This document shows, one piece after another, positions 1 to 9,588 of a stretch of DNA of 64,000 nucleotides. The position numbers and the translations under genes are program-made. A model generated the notes under the pieces. That model made no database searches. It was not told the origin of the DNA and worked only from the letters and a program-made list of their open reading frames with translations. Position 1 is the stretch's first letter. Each line of letters starts with the position of its first letter. This DNA comes from a virus, in IMG/VR virus record IMGVR_UViG_3300015202_000004, positions 115,943 to 179,942 of that record; one strand, written 5' to 3'.

Positions 1-46
1 TTTAGGGCATTGTTGATAAGTGATGTGTATGTATTCATAAAATATT

Positions 47-123
47 TGGTCAGGGGAGTCGGATTTGAACCGACGTTCTCTTACGTCCGAGGTAAGCGGG
101 ATACCAAGCTTCCCCATCCCCTG
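47..123 (-). tRNA. tRNA-Pro(CGG)
   Basis: Cloverleaf on minus strand; anticodon arm CTTAC-CTCGGAC-GTAAG; GTTCAAATC T-loop; CCA encoded. Confidence 0.92.
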
Positions 124-149
124 ATAGGGCTTCTATTATATAGGAACTA

Positions 150-359
150 TTACTGTTTGTCAACCTCTGATTTTTGCCAAGGATTTAAACGCATTTTAAC
201 ATATTCATCAATCGTTATACCCTTGAAAGAACCACTGAAGTTATCGCCTAATTTTCCATGTTCTTCAGCAATCTTCATACACTCTTTAATAGATAAGGCA
301 GGCATCGAACCTGAATAGACTCGTCCGGTTGCAGAGTCTACGTCGGGATGATTAAACAT
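150..359 (-). CDS. hypothetical protein
   Basis: 69-aa ORF overlapping the upstream gene in operon fashion. Confidence 0.6.
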   Translation of the reverse strand: MFNHPDVDSATGRVYSGSMPALSIKECMKIAEEHGKLGDNFSGSFKGITIDEYVKMRLNPWQKSEVDKQ

Positions 360-942
360 CTTTATTTAGTCTCCATTCAGACGCCTTGTATAATGGGAAG
401 CTAGCTACTACATTACCAACAATCTGGTGTAAAATGTACGATAGCTTTTCTTCTCTTGTGGCCGTAATAGGCGGTGGATTTTTCCACCTCATTTTTGTTA
501 ACCAAGAATTTTCGAAAATTTTCTCGGAACCATTAGTAAGATATAGTTCTACATCGGCGACACCTTTTAGTGCCATGTTGTTTTTCCGTTGTAAAACTTC
601 TAGCTCTCTATTGGTTTCTTTTAACAAATCCAATACTTTATTCAAACGAGGGTTTACCGCATCCTGAATATAAGCTTGAAGAATTTCGTTTGCCTTATTA
701 AATGCTTCAAGCTCTGTTTCTGCGATTTGATAATCCACAAAAATGCCCAGATAAATTACGAAGCCTACAAAGCCACCTTTGGAAGGCGAACTGTCACGTT
801 GTGTATGACGGTCTTCGACAATAACGCACCCCATGCGGTTGGTATCTACGGTGTCGCCAAGGTGCCATTCATCTAAGCTACAACCTAATTGCTTAGTTTG
901 AACTTCTTCTTCACCAATGTAAAACGAATCGAACATGCCCAT
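352..942 (-). CDS. hypothetical phage protein (MGMFD N-terminus)
   Basis: 196-aa ORF with RBS; MGMFD...QTK start typical of phage hypotheticals. Confidence 0.7.
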   Translation of the reverse strand: MGMFDSFYIGEEEVQTKQLGCSLDEWHLGDTVDTNRMGCVIVEDRHTQRDSSPSKGGFVGFVIYLGIFVDYQIAETELEAFNKANEILQAYIQDAVNPRLNKVLDLLKETNRELEVLQRKNNMALKGVADVELYLTNGSEKIFENSWLTKMRWKNPPPITATREEKLSYILHQIVGNVVASFPLYKASEWRLNKDV

Positions 943-957
943 TGTTATTGCGTTTCC

Positions 958-1245
958 TTATTCCGCTACTGCTAAAATATCTTTTTCAGCAAGAATGATT
1001 AGTTTCTTACCATCAATCGTTACTTCGCTACCAGAAAATGGGGCGTAGTAAACCTTGCTGCCGACTGTGATTTCCATAGGAACCAAAGTGCCGTTTACAA
1101 GTCGCCGACCTGGGCCGACTGAAATTACTGTACCCTCAAGATTGGTATTTTTAACCGTATCCGGCAAAAAAACGCCACCCTTAGATTCGGTTTCAGCAGC
1201 CGTTGCTTGAATGAGAACTTTATCTCCAATTGGTTTGATATTCAT
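958..1245 (-). CDS. groES: co-chaperonin GroES
   Basis: MNIKPIGDKVLI...GGVFLPD...VISVGPG...EKDILA; start moved to internal ATG with RBS. Confidence 0.95.
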   Translation of the reverse strand: MNIKPIGDKVLIQATAAETESKGGVFLPDTVKNTNLEGTVISVGPGRRLVNGTLVPMEITVGSKVYYAPFSGSEVTIDGKKLIILAEKDILAVAE

Positions 1246-1255
1246 ATTTGTCCTT

Positions 1256-1921
1256 CTAAATTTCAATGACCACTGGCGCATTGAATGGTTGATATTGTAG
1301 AGTGCAGATTGCTGCATTTACAAATACCGTCTCGTCTGTTATCACTCGACCATAGCCTTCGTGGATATGCCCGCAAACATGAAGTTTTGGTTTAACTATA
1401 GCAATTCTCTTCGCTAATTCAGGGCAACCCACATGTGGGTCACGAATGTTCTTCTTGCTCGTTCTGGCAACCTTGTCTAACATTTTGTACGCAGGACCAT
1501 GGGTTATCAGAACGTCGGTATTATCAGGAATCTCAGCCCATTTCTTTTCCGCAATAATCCCCGTATCCAAATCGGACTCTGGAAAATTGAAGCTCCAGTC
1601 ATAAAACCAAGGTTGCCAAGGGCTACCGTAAAATTTTACTCCATCAAGAGTAATTGCTTGGTCAATTAAAACATGGGCGTTGGTGACCATGGCACGAGCG
1701 GTTTCAAGATAGTCCTGAAACATATGGTCGTGATTGCCAGGAATAACTACGATATGCTTAAATTTAAACTTGATTGATTCTAAATCATCATTGAAGTCGC
1801 GTATCTCTCGGTAACTTCCGCCCATAGTGATATCTCCAGCATGAACCAATACATCTGCCTCTGGCAAATTAATTTGGTTCAACTGGTTGTGAGTGTCACT
1901 TATAGCGCAAATAGTAATCAT
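1256..1921 (-). CDS. calcineurin-like metallophosphoesterase (MPPED/239FB-like)
   Basis: SDTH, HAGD, PGNHD, THGP, CGHIHE motifs; ends in TAG. Confidence 0.92.
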   Translation of the reverse strand: MITICAISDTHNQLNQINLPEADVLVHAGDITMGGSYREIRDFNDDLESIKFKFKHIVVIPGNHDHMFQDYLETARAMVTNAHVLIDQAITLDGVKFYGSPWQPWFYDWSFNFPESDLDTGIIAEKKWAEIPDNTDVLITHGPAYKMLDKVARTSKKNIRDPHVGCPELAKRIAIVKPKLHVCGHIHEGYGRVITDETVFVNAAICTLQYQPFNAPVVIEI

Positions 1922-1982
1922 TGTATTGTTTCCGTTTGGCGATTATAGGGCTCTGACTACCACTAAAGTTGCCCGTTTAAAT

Positions 1983-2058
1983 TGGTCGAGAGAGCGGGAT
2001 TCGAACCCGCGAATTTCCTGGTTCCAAACCAGACGGCTCACCGCTTGCCTACCCCTCG
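1983..2058 (-). tRNA. tRNA-Pro(TGG)
   Basis: Anticodon arm TCTGG-TTTGGAA-CCAGG; CCA encoded. Confidence 0.9.
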
Positions 2059-2501
2059 ATATTTTTATGATTTTCGATGTGTTCTAAAACCCATCTTCCT
2101 TCTTCTGGTTCTACAGTTTTCACGCCGCCGTATACATAATAGTGTTTTAGTGGCAAATTTGCTTTCTTTAACGCTTCTACTACTTTTGGATACTTGATTA
2201 GTTTTGCTGTAATTGCAGCTTTAATTTTATTTACAAAGTCAACATCTTTTTCGTGCCAATCATTAGCACTTAAAGCTCTACCCAATTTTTTAGCTTCAAA
2301 ACCGTGTGTGTATCTTAAGGTATCACGTTCAATGTGATTTGTTCCTAACCAATACCAATAAGCTTCAATGCTATCGAAATAGCCGTCATCTTCTAGGTCG
2401 ATTGGTGCATAAGCAAAGTTCGATAGAAATTGGCCTATTGCCGTTTTCCCTTTAGAATAAACATTTATATGCGTTAGGCCGTCTTGATTTGGGTCAAGCA
2501 T
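2049..2501 (-). CDS. NADAR-like phage protein
   Basis: INVYSKG...LSNFA...SIEAYW...AKKLGR pattern. Confidence 0.6.
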   Translation of the reverse strand: MLDPNQDGLTHINVYSKGKTAIGQFLSNFAYAPIDLEDDGYFDSIEAYWYWLGTNHIERDTLRYTHGFEAKKLGRALSANDWHEKDVDFVNKIKAAITAKLIKYPKVVEALKKANLPLKHYYVYGGVKTVEPEEGRWVLEHIENHKNIEG

Positions 2502-3082
2502 TTCTCTATCTCTTTTTTTACTAACTCAATAACCTCTGGGTATTGTAGCACTTCATAGTGGTTCGTGTCAACCTCTACTAGCTTCATATCTTGGGCTCTA
2601 TGGGTCATGGAACGTTTCGACACGACTCCATCATTTATTTCGCCCATTAGGTCGTTATGACCTGTTGTGGTCACAATGTTTGTCCAGGGTACGTCTATGA
2701 CTATTTCGTTACCTCTGATAACTGGATAAGAATACGGCGTGATATCAATAAACAATTGTTGAGGTTTTAAAATTGAAAAGTACTTTAAAATATGTGCTAC
2801 GTTGCTGCCATTGTACGGAGTACTTAGAGTAATTGCCCCAGCAACTTTTTCTTTTAATACATCTTTCAAATGAAGCGCATACAATCCACCTAGACTGTGC
2901 CCGATGAAAAATATTGGTTCATCAATATCTTTCAATTTTTCTTTCATTTGCTTTACATTGTTTACAAACCCTGTCGAACTACGATATGAAATCAAAGTTT
3001 CATTAAAACCCGTAATTTTACTTCTAATAAAGTTAAAACTATTGGGTGTAGACTTGGCACCGTGTATATAAACTAAATGCAT
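2474..3082 (-). CDS. alpha/beta hydrolase
   Basis: HG oxyanion motif, GHSLG nucleophile elbow, NDGVV, C-terminal His. Confidence 0.9.
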   Translation of the reverse strand: MHLVYIHGAKSTPNSFNFIRSKITGFNETLISYRSSTGFVNNVKQMKEKLKDIDEPIFFIGHSLGGLYALHLKDVLKEKVAGAITLSTPYNGSNVAHILKYFSILKPQQLFIDITPYSYPVIRGNEIVIDVPWTNIVTTTGHNDLMGEINDGVVSKRSMTHRAQDMKLVEVDTNHYEVLQYPEVIELVKKEIEKCLTQIKTA

Positions 3083-3107
3083 TTTTTACCACTTTATCAT
3101 TACTTTT

Positions 3108-3180
3108 TGGAGACAGTGGGATTCGAACCCACGACCCTTTGCATGCCATGCAAATGCTCTACCAACTGAGCTATGTCCCC
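3108..3180 (-). tRNA. tRNA-Ala(GGC)
   Basis: G3:U70 pair; anticodon loop ATGGCAT; no encoded CCA. Confidence 0.92.
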
Positions 3181-3464
3181 ATACCTTCCCTTAAAATGGG
3201 AAATATTTCCAATGCTTTCATCATGAATCTTTGACGCTTTGCTGGGTCTTCGATTCTTTCATAATCTTTGTCTTGAAATTTAGCAATCAATCTAGCTACT
3301 TCGATGATTGCATTGTGTCTATTTAGTCCAGGATACAATATGTTATTCCATTCACCTGCTAGAAAACGCTTTGTATTTTCGGGATTTACTTCGACTACTT
3401 CTAGTGCTTCTAGCGGACCATTTTCTCTTAAATTGTTTACTTTGGATACGATTGCGAAAATCAT
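3171..3464 (-). CDS. hypothetical protein
   Basis: 97-aa ORF between tRNAs. Confidence 0.6.
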   Translation of the reverse strand: MIFAIVSKVNNLRENGPLEALEVVEVNPENTKRFLAGEWNNILYPGLNRHNAIIEVARLIAKFQDKDYERIEDPAKRQRFMMKALEIFPILREGMGT

Positions 3465-3558
3465 TTTTTAATATTATTGTTTCTCAAACAGCGAACGCAT
3501 ATTAGACCGTTATTTTTTTGAGTAAGGAATATTCAATAAGTGAAGAATTATAACAATT

Positions 3559-3635
3559 TGGTGGAGTCGGTGGGACTCGAACCCACGATAAGACTGGTTG
3601 CAAACCAGTTGCAGTTGCCGCTGTGCCACGACCCC
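3559..3635 (-). tRNA. tRNA-Ala(TGC)
   Basis: G3:U70; ACTGG-TTTGCAA-CCAGT; CCA encoded. Confidence 0.92.
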
Positions 3636-3641
3636 ATATTG

Positions 3642-3713
3642 AGCGGAAAGATGGAATTGAACCACCGACCAACAGATTAGAAACCTGCTGCTCTTACACT
3701 GAGCTATTTCCGC
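3642..3713 (-). tRNA. tRNA-Arg(TCT)
   Basis: GCAGG-TTTCTAA-TCTGT anticodon arm; acceptor GCGGAAA/TTTCCGC. Confidence 0.88.
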
Positions 3714-3720
3714 ATGTTTT

Positions 3721-3880
3721 GTTGAATTGTAAGTCTAATTGTTCAACGGCAATTCTGGGCCTCTACTCTCCCAGTTTACTCACGAGGTTCTTATGTTCTG
3801 CGGTGACTCACTAACTACATCGGATTCTTCTAAATGCACACTGCCGATTCAGTCTGGGATTTCAACCCAGTATCCCTTTA
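3721..3880 (-). ncRNA. candidate structured ncRNA
   Basis: No minus-strand ORF; hairpins CTGGG-TTGAAAT-CCCAG and CTGGG...CCCAG; long-range CGGCAGT/ATTGCCG. Confidence 0.4.
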
Positions 3881-3899
3881 AAAGTTAGATAGTTTATTT

Positions 3900-4040
3900 T
3901 TACTTAGCTGATTTAGCGTAATTATACTTACCATACGCCTTACGGAATTCCTCTGCTGGAATCACGTTTAAAATATACATACTCATCGCCTCTTTACTCT
4001 TTGGTACACCGCCTGGACGTGCTGTTTTCTTGGCTCCCAT
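3900..4040 (-). CDS. small basic hypothetical protein (46 aa)
   Basis: MGAKKTARPGG...AKSAK, below the ORF-track cutoff; purine-rich leader. Confidence 0.5.
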   Translation of the reverse strand: MGAKKTARPGGVPKSKEAMSMYILNVIPAEEFRKAYGKYNYAKSAK

Positions 4041-4067
4041 TATTCTCTGCTTTCTTTATTTTAAAAT

Positions 4068-4141
4068 TGGTCGGGATGGAGGGAATCGAACCCCCGCTCC
4101 AACGTCCCAAACGTCATGTGATACCATTTCACCACATCCCG
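4068..4141 (-). tRNA. tRNA-Pro(TGG)
   Basis: Acceptor CGGGATG/CATCCCG; loop TTTGGGA; CCA encoded. Confidence 0.88.
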
Positions 4142-4300
4142 ATATAAGTATTATAACATATTTATTATACTATGTCAATTCTTTATTTTCTTTATAATAC
4201 TTCATTTTATCTTTTCTGCCTTTACCACGATTTAATGAACCATATATACTATGTAACAATTTAAACGTTATACTTTAGACCGCACTTCGTTAAATACAAT

Positions 4301-4330
4301 AAGGCCCCAGCTTTCGCTAGGGCCTTTTTA
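4301..4330. terminator. intrinsic terminator hairpin
   Basis: AAGGCCCCAGC-TTTC-GCTAGGGCCTTTTT. Confidence 0.7.
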
Positions 4331-4667
4331 TTCGTTTAGGCTTCTGAGCTACTTACTGGGCAAAACTAACCGAACCACTATCAATCGCGATAGGGTCTGC
4401 TGGAATATCTAGAGGGATTCCTGCGAGGTTTTGCATGTAAGTGTTTTCCTTAAAGTAATTTTGGTTCTGGGAAAGGTGTATCGTTGATTCCGTGAGTTGG
4501 ATTAAGTGTAATGTCAGTGAATGTGTATCCAGCAATTACATATGTCGAATTGTATTCACCAGGAGCATTCTTTGAATCAACTACATTTTTTGTTTCCGAA
4601 TCTTTTTTGCTCATTTTAATGTTTCCTTATAAATCATATGTAAGGGAATATTATTTAAATGTAACAA

Positions 4668-4997
4668 TTATGACATATGGAATTTATTAAAGTCTTCTGC
4701 AAGAGTTGCTTCCATTGAAGCGACCGCACTTGCGAGTCTAACTTCTTCGGCCTTTGCAGCTTCTAAAACTCGGGCAACTTCTGCCTTAGCTTCTTCTTCA
4801 AGCTTTGCCAATTCGTCAGCCGCTTCTTTTTCTGCTTTTTTAGCAGCTTCTTCAGCCGCTGCAAGAGCTTCTTGTACGTCTGTTTCTATTACTTCGACTT
4901 GAACTGCTTCTGTTGAAATTTCTTTTGTATCTTCAACAGTTAATTCAATTGAATCGTCAGTTGTAAAAGTTGAAATTTCTTTTTTCTTAGCGGCCAT
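4668..4997 (-). CDS. Ala/Glu-rich coiled-coil protein
   Basis: GAGG RBS before MAAKKK; EA/K-rich heptads. Confidence 0.7.
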   Translation of the reverse strand: MAAKKKEISTFTTDDSIELTVEDTKEISTEAVQVEVIETDVQEALAAAEEAAKKAEKEAADELAKLEEEAKAEVARVLEAAKAEEVRLASAVASMEATLAEDFNKFHMS

Positions 4998-5017
4998 GGG
5001 ATTTACCTCTTTTTTAT

Positions 5018-5091
5018 TGGAGCCAGGTCGGAGAATCAAACTCCGGTCTTTGGATTACGAAACCAACATAATATCACTATACTAACCTGGC
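5018..5091 (-). tRNA. tRNA-Thr(CGT)
   Basis: GCC/GGC acceptor; loop TTCGTAA; CCA encoded. Confidence 0.82.
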
Positions 5092-5263
5092 GTATTTTTA
5101 GCGTCGCGAAGACATTTAATAATTTCCTCTTCATATTTTTCAATAGGAAGTGGACTTGGCTTAGGTAAAGGTGGCAATTCACCACGCTTAATTTTACCGT
5201 TAAGCGCTTTAAAGCGTTCTGATTGCTTCTCGCAGAATTCTCTCATATTTACCTAAAATTTTG

Positions 5264-5334
5264 AGACGATAGTGGGAGTCGAACCCACGCTCGCGGTTTT
5301 GCAGACCACAGCCTTACCACTTGGCTACACCGTC
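5264..5334 (-). tRNA. tRNA-Cys(GCA)
   Basis: Loop CTGCAAA; U73; no encoded CCA. Confidence 0.88.
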
Positions 5335-5340
5335 ATATTG

Positions 5341-5416
5341 AGGCCCAGGTTGGAATCGGACCAACGCATATCCTAGCTTGCAACTAGGTCGCCTTTACCC
5401 ACTTGGCTACCGGGCC
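5341..5416 (-). tRNA. tRNA-Cys(GCA), second copy
   Basis: CCTAG-TTGCAAG-CTAGG; U73; no encoded CCA. Confidence 0.82.
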
Positions 5417-5452
5417 ATATCGAGTACATTATATAACATACTCAAGCTTTTG

Positions 5453-5722
5453 TCAATCTGTAGTAATACGCTTTACTTTGCCCACTTTTGTTACAGGCTT
5501 CTTATTCTTAATTTCTTTTTCAAAATTGATGCCGGTGCCAGAATTTTTAGCAAATCTGGTCGAACCATTTTCAATGGCATCCAAACCTTCGGCTTCCATC
5601 TGGGCTTTTTCAGCAATGATAAGAGCAATATCGTCCTGCTCAGGAGCAGGTTCGTCAGGGGGTCCATCAAATTGTAAACCCACCTGACGAATATTACTCA
5701 AAATATGATGACTACTGCTCAT
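5453..5722 (-). CDS. hypothetical protein
   Basis: 89-aa ORF following the Zn-finger gene. Confidence 0.6.
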   Translation of the reverse strand: MSSSHHILSNIRQVGLQFDGPPDEPAPEQDDIALIIAEKAQMEAEGLDAIENGSTRFAKNSGTGINFEKEIKNKKPVTKVGKVKRITTD

Positions 5723-5725
5723 GAT

Positions 5726-6064
5726 TTATTCGTAATTAAGACCAGTGCCTTTACATTCGGAACACACAACGTATACTTCGCCAATGCCATCGCATTCATT
5801 ACAATCTTCCGTTGTAGAACAATCACATGTGTCGCAATGGTCATAATCATCAACTTCAGTTTCGCCAGAACCACAGCACTCAGTGCATTCATCTGAAACT
5901 TCGCCATCGCCATTACATTCGGAACAAATTGATTCATTTAAATCTTCTTGAGAATTACATTCCTCAATTGGATAAGGCATATGTTGTCTTGCGAAATCAA
6001 CATTTGGACGAGGATTGCTTCTTACGAAAGCAAGTTCATTAGGACGACGGTCAAGTAAGCTCAT
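5726..6064 (-). CDS. DnaJ-type CxxCxGxG zinc-finger protein
   Basis: Repeated CxECxGxG motifs. Confidence 0.75.
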   Translation of the reverse strand: MSLLDRRPNELAFVRSNPRPNVDFARQHMPYPIEECNSQEDLNESICSECNGDGEVSDECTECCGSGETEVDDYDHCDTCDCSTTEDCNECDGIGEVYVVCSECKGTGLNYE

Positions 6065-6280
6065 TTATTTATCTTTCTTTCTTTAGAAGAATATTTTTTA
6101 GAAAATCTGTAATAGCCCACACGCTATATGAAAAATCAGTATTCTGAATTTTGCTAGACATTTTTTTTCTTGATTCTTTTACTGCTTTTTCTGATTCCGG
6201 TGAAGATTTAAAATACATGGTGGAATCAGGTTGAACTTTTTCGGCCATTATTCATTTCCTCTCTTTAATCAGAATTTAAA

Positions 6281-6355
6281 TGGTTGGCAAGGCGGGTTTC
6301 GAACCCGCGACTTCTACAGTGTCAGCGTGACGTTCTCTCGCTAAACTATCCGCCA
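6281..6355 (-). tRNA. tRNA-Val(GAC)
   Basis: Loop CTGACAC; GCGGG-TTCGAAA-CCCGC T arm; CCA encoded; imperfect stems. Confidence 0.75.
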
Positions 6356-6430
6356 ATAAGAATTATTTTTAATGTGGCAATTTTAATCCACTAGCCTTGA
6401 AATTATAATATATAATTTCGATTTTCGGAA

Positions 6431-6928
6431 TTAGTTTGGCAGTGCGCCAGGCTTGGGCCACGAAAGGGTAGTCAAGCGAGGTTCACTGTAAACAGGCTTC
6501 GACTCTTTAGAGTTGTTAGGATTTTGGCATAGTATATATGTACCTTCCGCACTGGAAGGGGAGTACAAGCCGTTCGGGTCGGCTTGGGGGATTGTTGTCC
6601 CAGTATAAGAGCCAGGCTGCATTGGATTCGTATATTGGGTCGAATAAGGAATTGGATACCCAACGCTATTGCACAAGAAATGGAACTTGCCTTGGTAATC
6701 AGGCCCCGTATATGTATAGGTTAAAATTCCTTGGTCGCGAAGTTCCAAAATTGTCTTAAATAGACGCTTTTCGAAGAAATGAATTATATTCGGCATACCA
6801 ACGGATTGGACAGCTTGCTTATTAATTTGCTCTTGCTTTACATTTTGAATTTCTTCTGAACTTGGTTGAAAATCACAACCTACAAGCATCAATGCTGCAA
6901 ACAAAACAACGACTAAACTCTTTTTCAT
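6431..6928 (-). CDS. phage lipoprotein
   Basis: Signal peptide with lipobox LVGC; QADPNGLY motif. Confidence 0.8.
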   Translation of the reverse strand: MKKSLVVVLFAALMLVGCDFQPSSEEIQNVKQEQINKQAVQSVGMPNIIHFFEKRLFKTILELRDQGILTYTYTGPDYQGKFHFLCNSVGYPIPYSTQYTNPMQPGSYTGTTIPQADPNGLYSPSSAEGTYILCQNPNNSKESKPVYSEPRLTTLSWPKPGALPN

Positions 6929-6930
6929 AA

Positions 6931-7260
6931 TTATTGATTCTTCATTTCATCCAGAAAAGTGTGAAGGTCTGGCAAGCCATCTAAGTTGCGCTCGTCGTAT
7001 GAAGCATACTGCTGAACGACAATCGACTTAATCGTGTCTTTTTCTGCTTGGGTTTTTGCGCCTGCATAGGAAAGGTGATACTGCTGAAGTTGACTAATCA
7101 TTCCATCAGTATACTGCGAGCTACTGTGAAAGACTTTGTTGTCAATCTTCGTGTAGGCTGGTGCGGTAGAAGCGTAGAGGGCCACAGAAAAGAAGTTGAT
7201 TCCAAACACGAAGGCAACAAACGCGGCAAAGCCACCGAGGGTGTATAAAAATGTTTTCAT
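6931..7260 (-). CDS. membrane-anchored protein (upstream partner of the lipoprotein)
   Basis: N-terminal hydrophobic helix; 2 nt from the lipoprotein start. Confidence 0.7.
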   Translation of the reverse strand: MKTFLYTLGGFAAFVAFVFGINFFSVALYASTAPAYTKIDNKVFHSSSQYTDGMISQLQQYHLSYAGAKTQAEKDTIKSIVVQQYASYDERNLDGLPDLHTFLDEMKNQ

Positions 7261-7338
7261 GATGGAATGGTAACATAATAAAAACGTAAAGTCAATAAGC
7301 AGGTAAACAAAAAACCTCACTTTTCAGTGAAGTTTTTA

Positions 7339-7675
7339 CCGTGCAGGCTCACGTCCTATCAGTCTTACCTGCTCTTCCCGCTAAGGAATGTTCAACGTAC
7401 CTAATTTTTACTTGGTAATGAATCGACGCCTAGGTTCGGTAACTCGATTCTCGTCAAACGGTAAATTGATTATTCAAGGATAGATTCGAGCTATCACTGT
7501 CGGAGGTTTTCTCCCTTGAGAAAGGGAACGCTCCTGCCTCTTCAAATTGGGCTACTTGAATAAATTTTTCCCCTCTAAGCTTTTGCAAGCTTAACCATTT
7601 TCGAGAGCTAGCCTTCTCTACTGATGTACGACGCATCTGCAAGAGTATACTCTTGCACAGTGGCTCCGAAGGGTT
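7339..7675 (-). ncRNA. candidate large structured ncRNA (~335 nt)
   Basis: 5-prime and 3-prime ends pair in three segments; several internal hairpins; follows tRNA-Val; ends before a hairpin plus U-run. Confidence 0.65.
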
Positions 7676-7688
7676 AGATTTTTAAAAT

Positions 7689-7763
7689 TGGTCGGCAAGG
7701 AGAATTTCGAAATCTCGACCTTCGGTATGTAAAACCGCTGCGCTGCCTCTGCGCCACTCGCCG
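7689..7763 (-). tRNA. tRNA-Val(TAC)
   Basis: Loop TTTACAT; CCA encoded. Confidence 0.88.
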
Positions 7764-7807
7764 TTATGAACAGTATGTTACTATACTATTCGAGATTTGT
7801 CAAGTAG

Positions 7808-8038
7808 TTACTTTTTATGTCGGTAAGTGATTCGACCCTTGGTAAAATCGTATACGGACATATCTAAATCTACTTTGTCTCCAACAATGATTTTAATATT
7901 GTTTTGTCGAATACGACCGGAGATATGTGCAAGTATTTCATGACCATTTTCAAGTAGTACATTAAATAGAGCATTAGGTAAAGCTTTTAAAACAGTACCT
8001 TGAATTTGGAGATTGTCTTGTGATTCCGATTCTGACAC
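7808..8038 (-). CDS. infA: translation initiation factor IF-1
   Basis: [25 protein letters not shown]...IIVGDKV...KGRITYR. Confidence 0.96.
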   Translation of the reverse strand: MSESESQDNLQIQGTVLKALPNALFNVLLENGHEILAHISGRIRQNNIKIIVGDKVDLDMSVYDFTKGRITYRHKK

Positions 8039-8367
8039 TATGCTATTTTCCCGCCGTGTTTAAAGCTTCTTGTTTCATTATATGCACTTTTTACTCTTAC
8101 AGCTTTATCAATATCAATGTTGTAAGATTTAGCTGTATCTAAAGCTCTAATAATAATATCAGCCAATTCTTCTTCAATACAGTTTAAAGGCTCACTCATT
8201 GCACTAGCTTTATCACAAGGACTAAACAATTGACTTTTACGATAGGCTTCCCATAATTCGGAAACCTCTCCGTGTAAATTCGATATAAAGGTTGGCATAT
8301 TGTCGTTTTCGTGAAAACCGCTTTTTGCCGCGATATTATAAAATTTTTCAGATAATTTGTTTAACAT
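8038..8367 (-). CDS. MazG-like NTP pyrophosphohydrolase
   Basis: [10 protein letters not shown]...[10 protein letters not shown]...K-AYNETR-FKHG. Confidence 0.88.
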   Translation of the reverse strand: MLNKLSEKFYNIAAKSGFHENDNMPTFISNLHGEVSELWEAYRKSQLFSPCDKASAMSEPLNCIEEELADIIIRALDTAKSYNIDIDKAVRVKSAYNETRSFKHGGKIA

Positions 8368-8390
8368 TAACTCTTCTTAATTAGAAAATT

Positions 8391-8464
8391 TGGTGGCTCA
8401 ACTTGGAATCGAACCAAGGTTTTGGCCTTATGAGGACCCTTTTCTACCATTGAAATACAGAGCC
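8391..8464 (-). tRNA. tRNA-Met or Ile2 (CAT), elongator type
   Basis: Loop CTCATAA; G1-C72 paired; CCA encoded. Confidence 0.85.
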
Positions 8465-8498
8465 ATATAATTGATTATATCTTGTTACTGGGCAAATG

Positions 8499-8711
8499 TC
8501 AAGGTCTAGCGGTTTCTAATCCTGAAAATCCTACGTTACCAAAAATCTGATAAGCTTTATTAGGACACACTGGTTGTTTTGTATCGCCGTACCGCACGTT
8601 GCAAGGAACGAAAATCCCAAGGTCGTCTTTTTCCAATTGGGAATGTTCTGCAAAGCTCATTTTAAGTTCCTGCGTATGATTGCTTTGGCAACGATAATCG
8701 TAATAAGGCAT
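8499..8711 (-). CDS. FmdB-like zinc-ribbon protein
   Basis: MPYYDYRC...H start motif. Confidence 0.7.
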   Translation of the reverse strand: MPYYDYRCQSNHTQELKMSFAEHSQLEKDDLGIFVPCNVRYGDTKQPVCPNKAYQIFGNVGFSGLETARP

Positions 8712-8885
8712 CTTATTCTCTTCTTGGGAAATTGGTGTGTCTGGAGGGTAACGCTCCCTCTTGGGTGGCTTCACAAACCACTACATTACTTTTATGCTAC
8801 AGACACCATACGAGGCTTCCAAACCTCTTTGTCAATATATTATAGTCTATTCTAGCACATTTAGTTACATCTGTCAAGTGTTTAT

Positions 8886-9362
8886 TTACTTATTATCAAA
8901 TAAAATTTCGGTAAACTCAGTGTCAATTATATCATCATCGCTAGTAGAAGTCAATGATAATAGCGTGATTGTCACTTTCTGAGAATCATTCTCAACAGTG
9001 AGAGCTTTGGTTTCCGCGATGGCTAGACCATTGGCACGTTGTTCCTCTTCGGACATATTATGATAACCATAAGAAGAGGGCTTGTGAATCTTCGCCTTCT
9101 TGAAGAAGTCTGGATTTTTAATGTCTCCGCCAGTGCCCATGAAAAAGGCAACGATTCGGTTTGCATCGTCAATACCAGAAAGGTAAGCTTCGGCCAAAGC
9201 TTCGTCTAAACCTTCTAGATTATCTCCAGCCACGTAGCCTGCAAGATAACTTGAAAACTCCAAGCGGCGTGTTGAAATTTTATCCATTACTTCTTGAAGA
9301 ATTATTTTTTTCAGTTCTTCATCAGAATCCGGTTCGGGCTCGGTATGGTCTAAGTATCGCAC
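8886..9362 (-). CDS. hypothetical protein
   Basis: 158-aa ORF in operon. Confidence 0.65.
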   Translation of the reverse strand: MRYLDHTEPEPDSDEELKKIILQEVMDKISTRRLEFSSYLAGYVAGDNLEGLDEALAEAYLSGIDDANRIVAFFMGTGGDIKNPDFFKKAKIHKPSSYGYHNMSEEEQRANGLAIAETKALTVENDSQKVTITLLSLTSTSDDDIIDTEFTEILFDNK

Positions 9363-9364
9363 TA

Positions 9365-9586
9365 TTATTCTCTTCTAGGTCTTAAAGCAGCAACATTTAA
9401 TGCATCAACTAATACTACCATACTTTCACATAAAAAGACAGCATCAGATTCATCAAAGAAATGTCCTACGCCATCGTTCTGAATAATTTCAGCAAAATGT
9501 CGTGCTACAGCATCTAAATTGTCACGTTCGGATTTATTATGTAATAAGCTTGAAGACTTTATCGCAATCATATCTGGACTAAACAT
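9365..9586 (-). CDS. hypothetical protein
   Basis: 73-aa ORF in operon. Confidence 0.6.
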   Translation of the reverse strand: MFSPDMIAIKSSSLLHNKSERDNLDAVARHFAEIIQNDGVGHFFDESDAVFLCESMVVLVDALNVAALRPRRE

Positions 9587-9588
9587 AT

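Noticed and set aside
7339-7675. tmRNA, RNase P RNA, SRP RNA, or the 62-aa ORF at 7454-7642
   Set aside because: No alanyl acceptor ends, no GAGGAAAGUCC or SRP loop motif; the ORF has a TTG start inside a hairpin with no RBS
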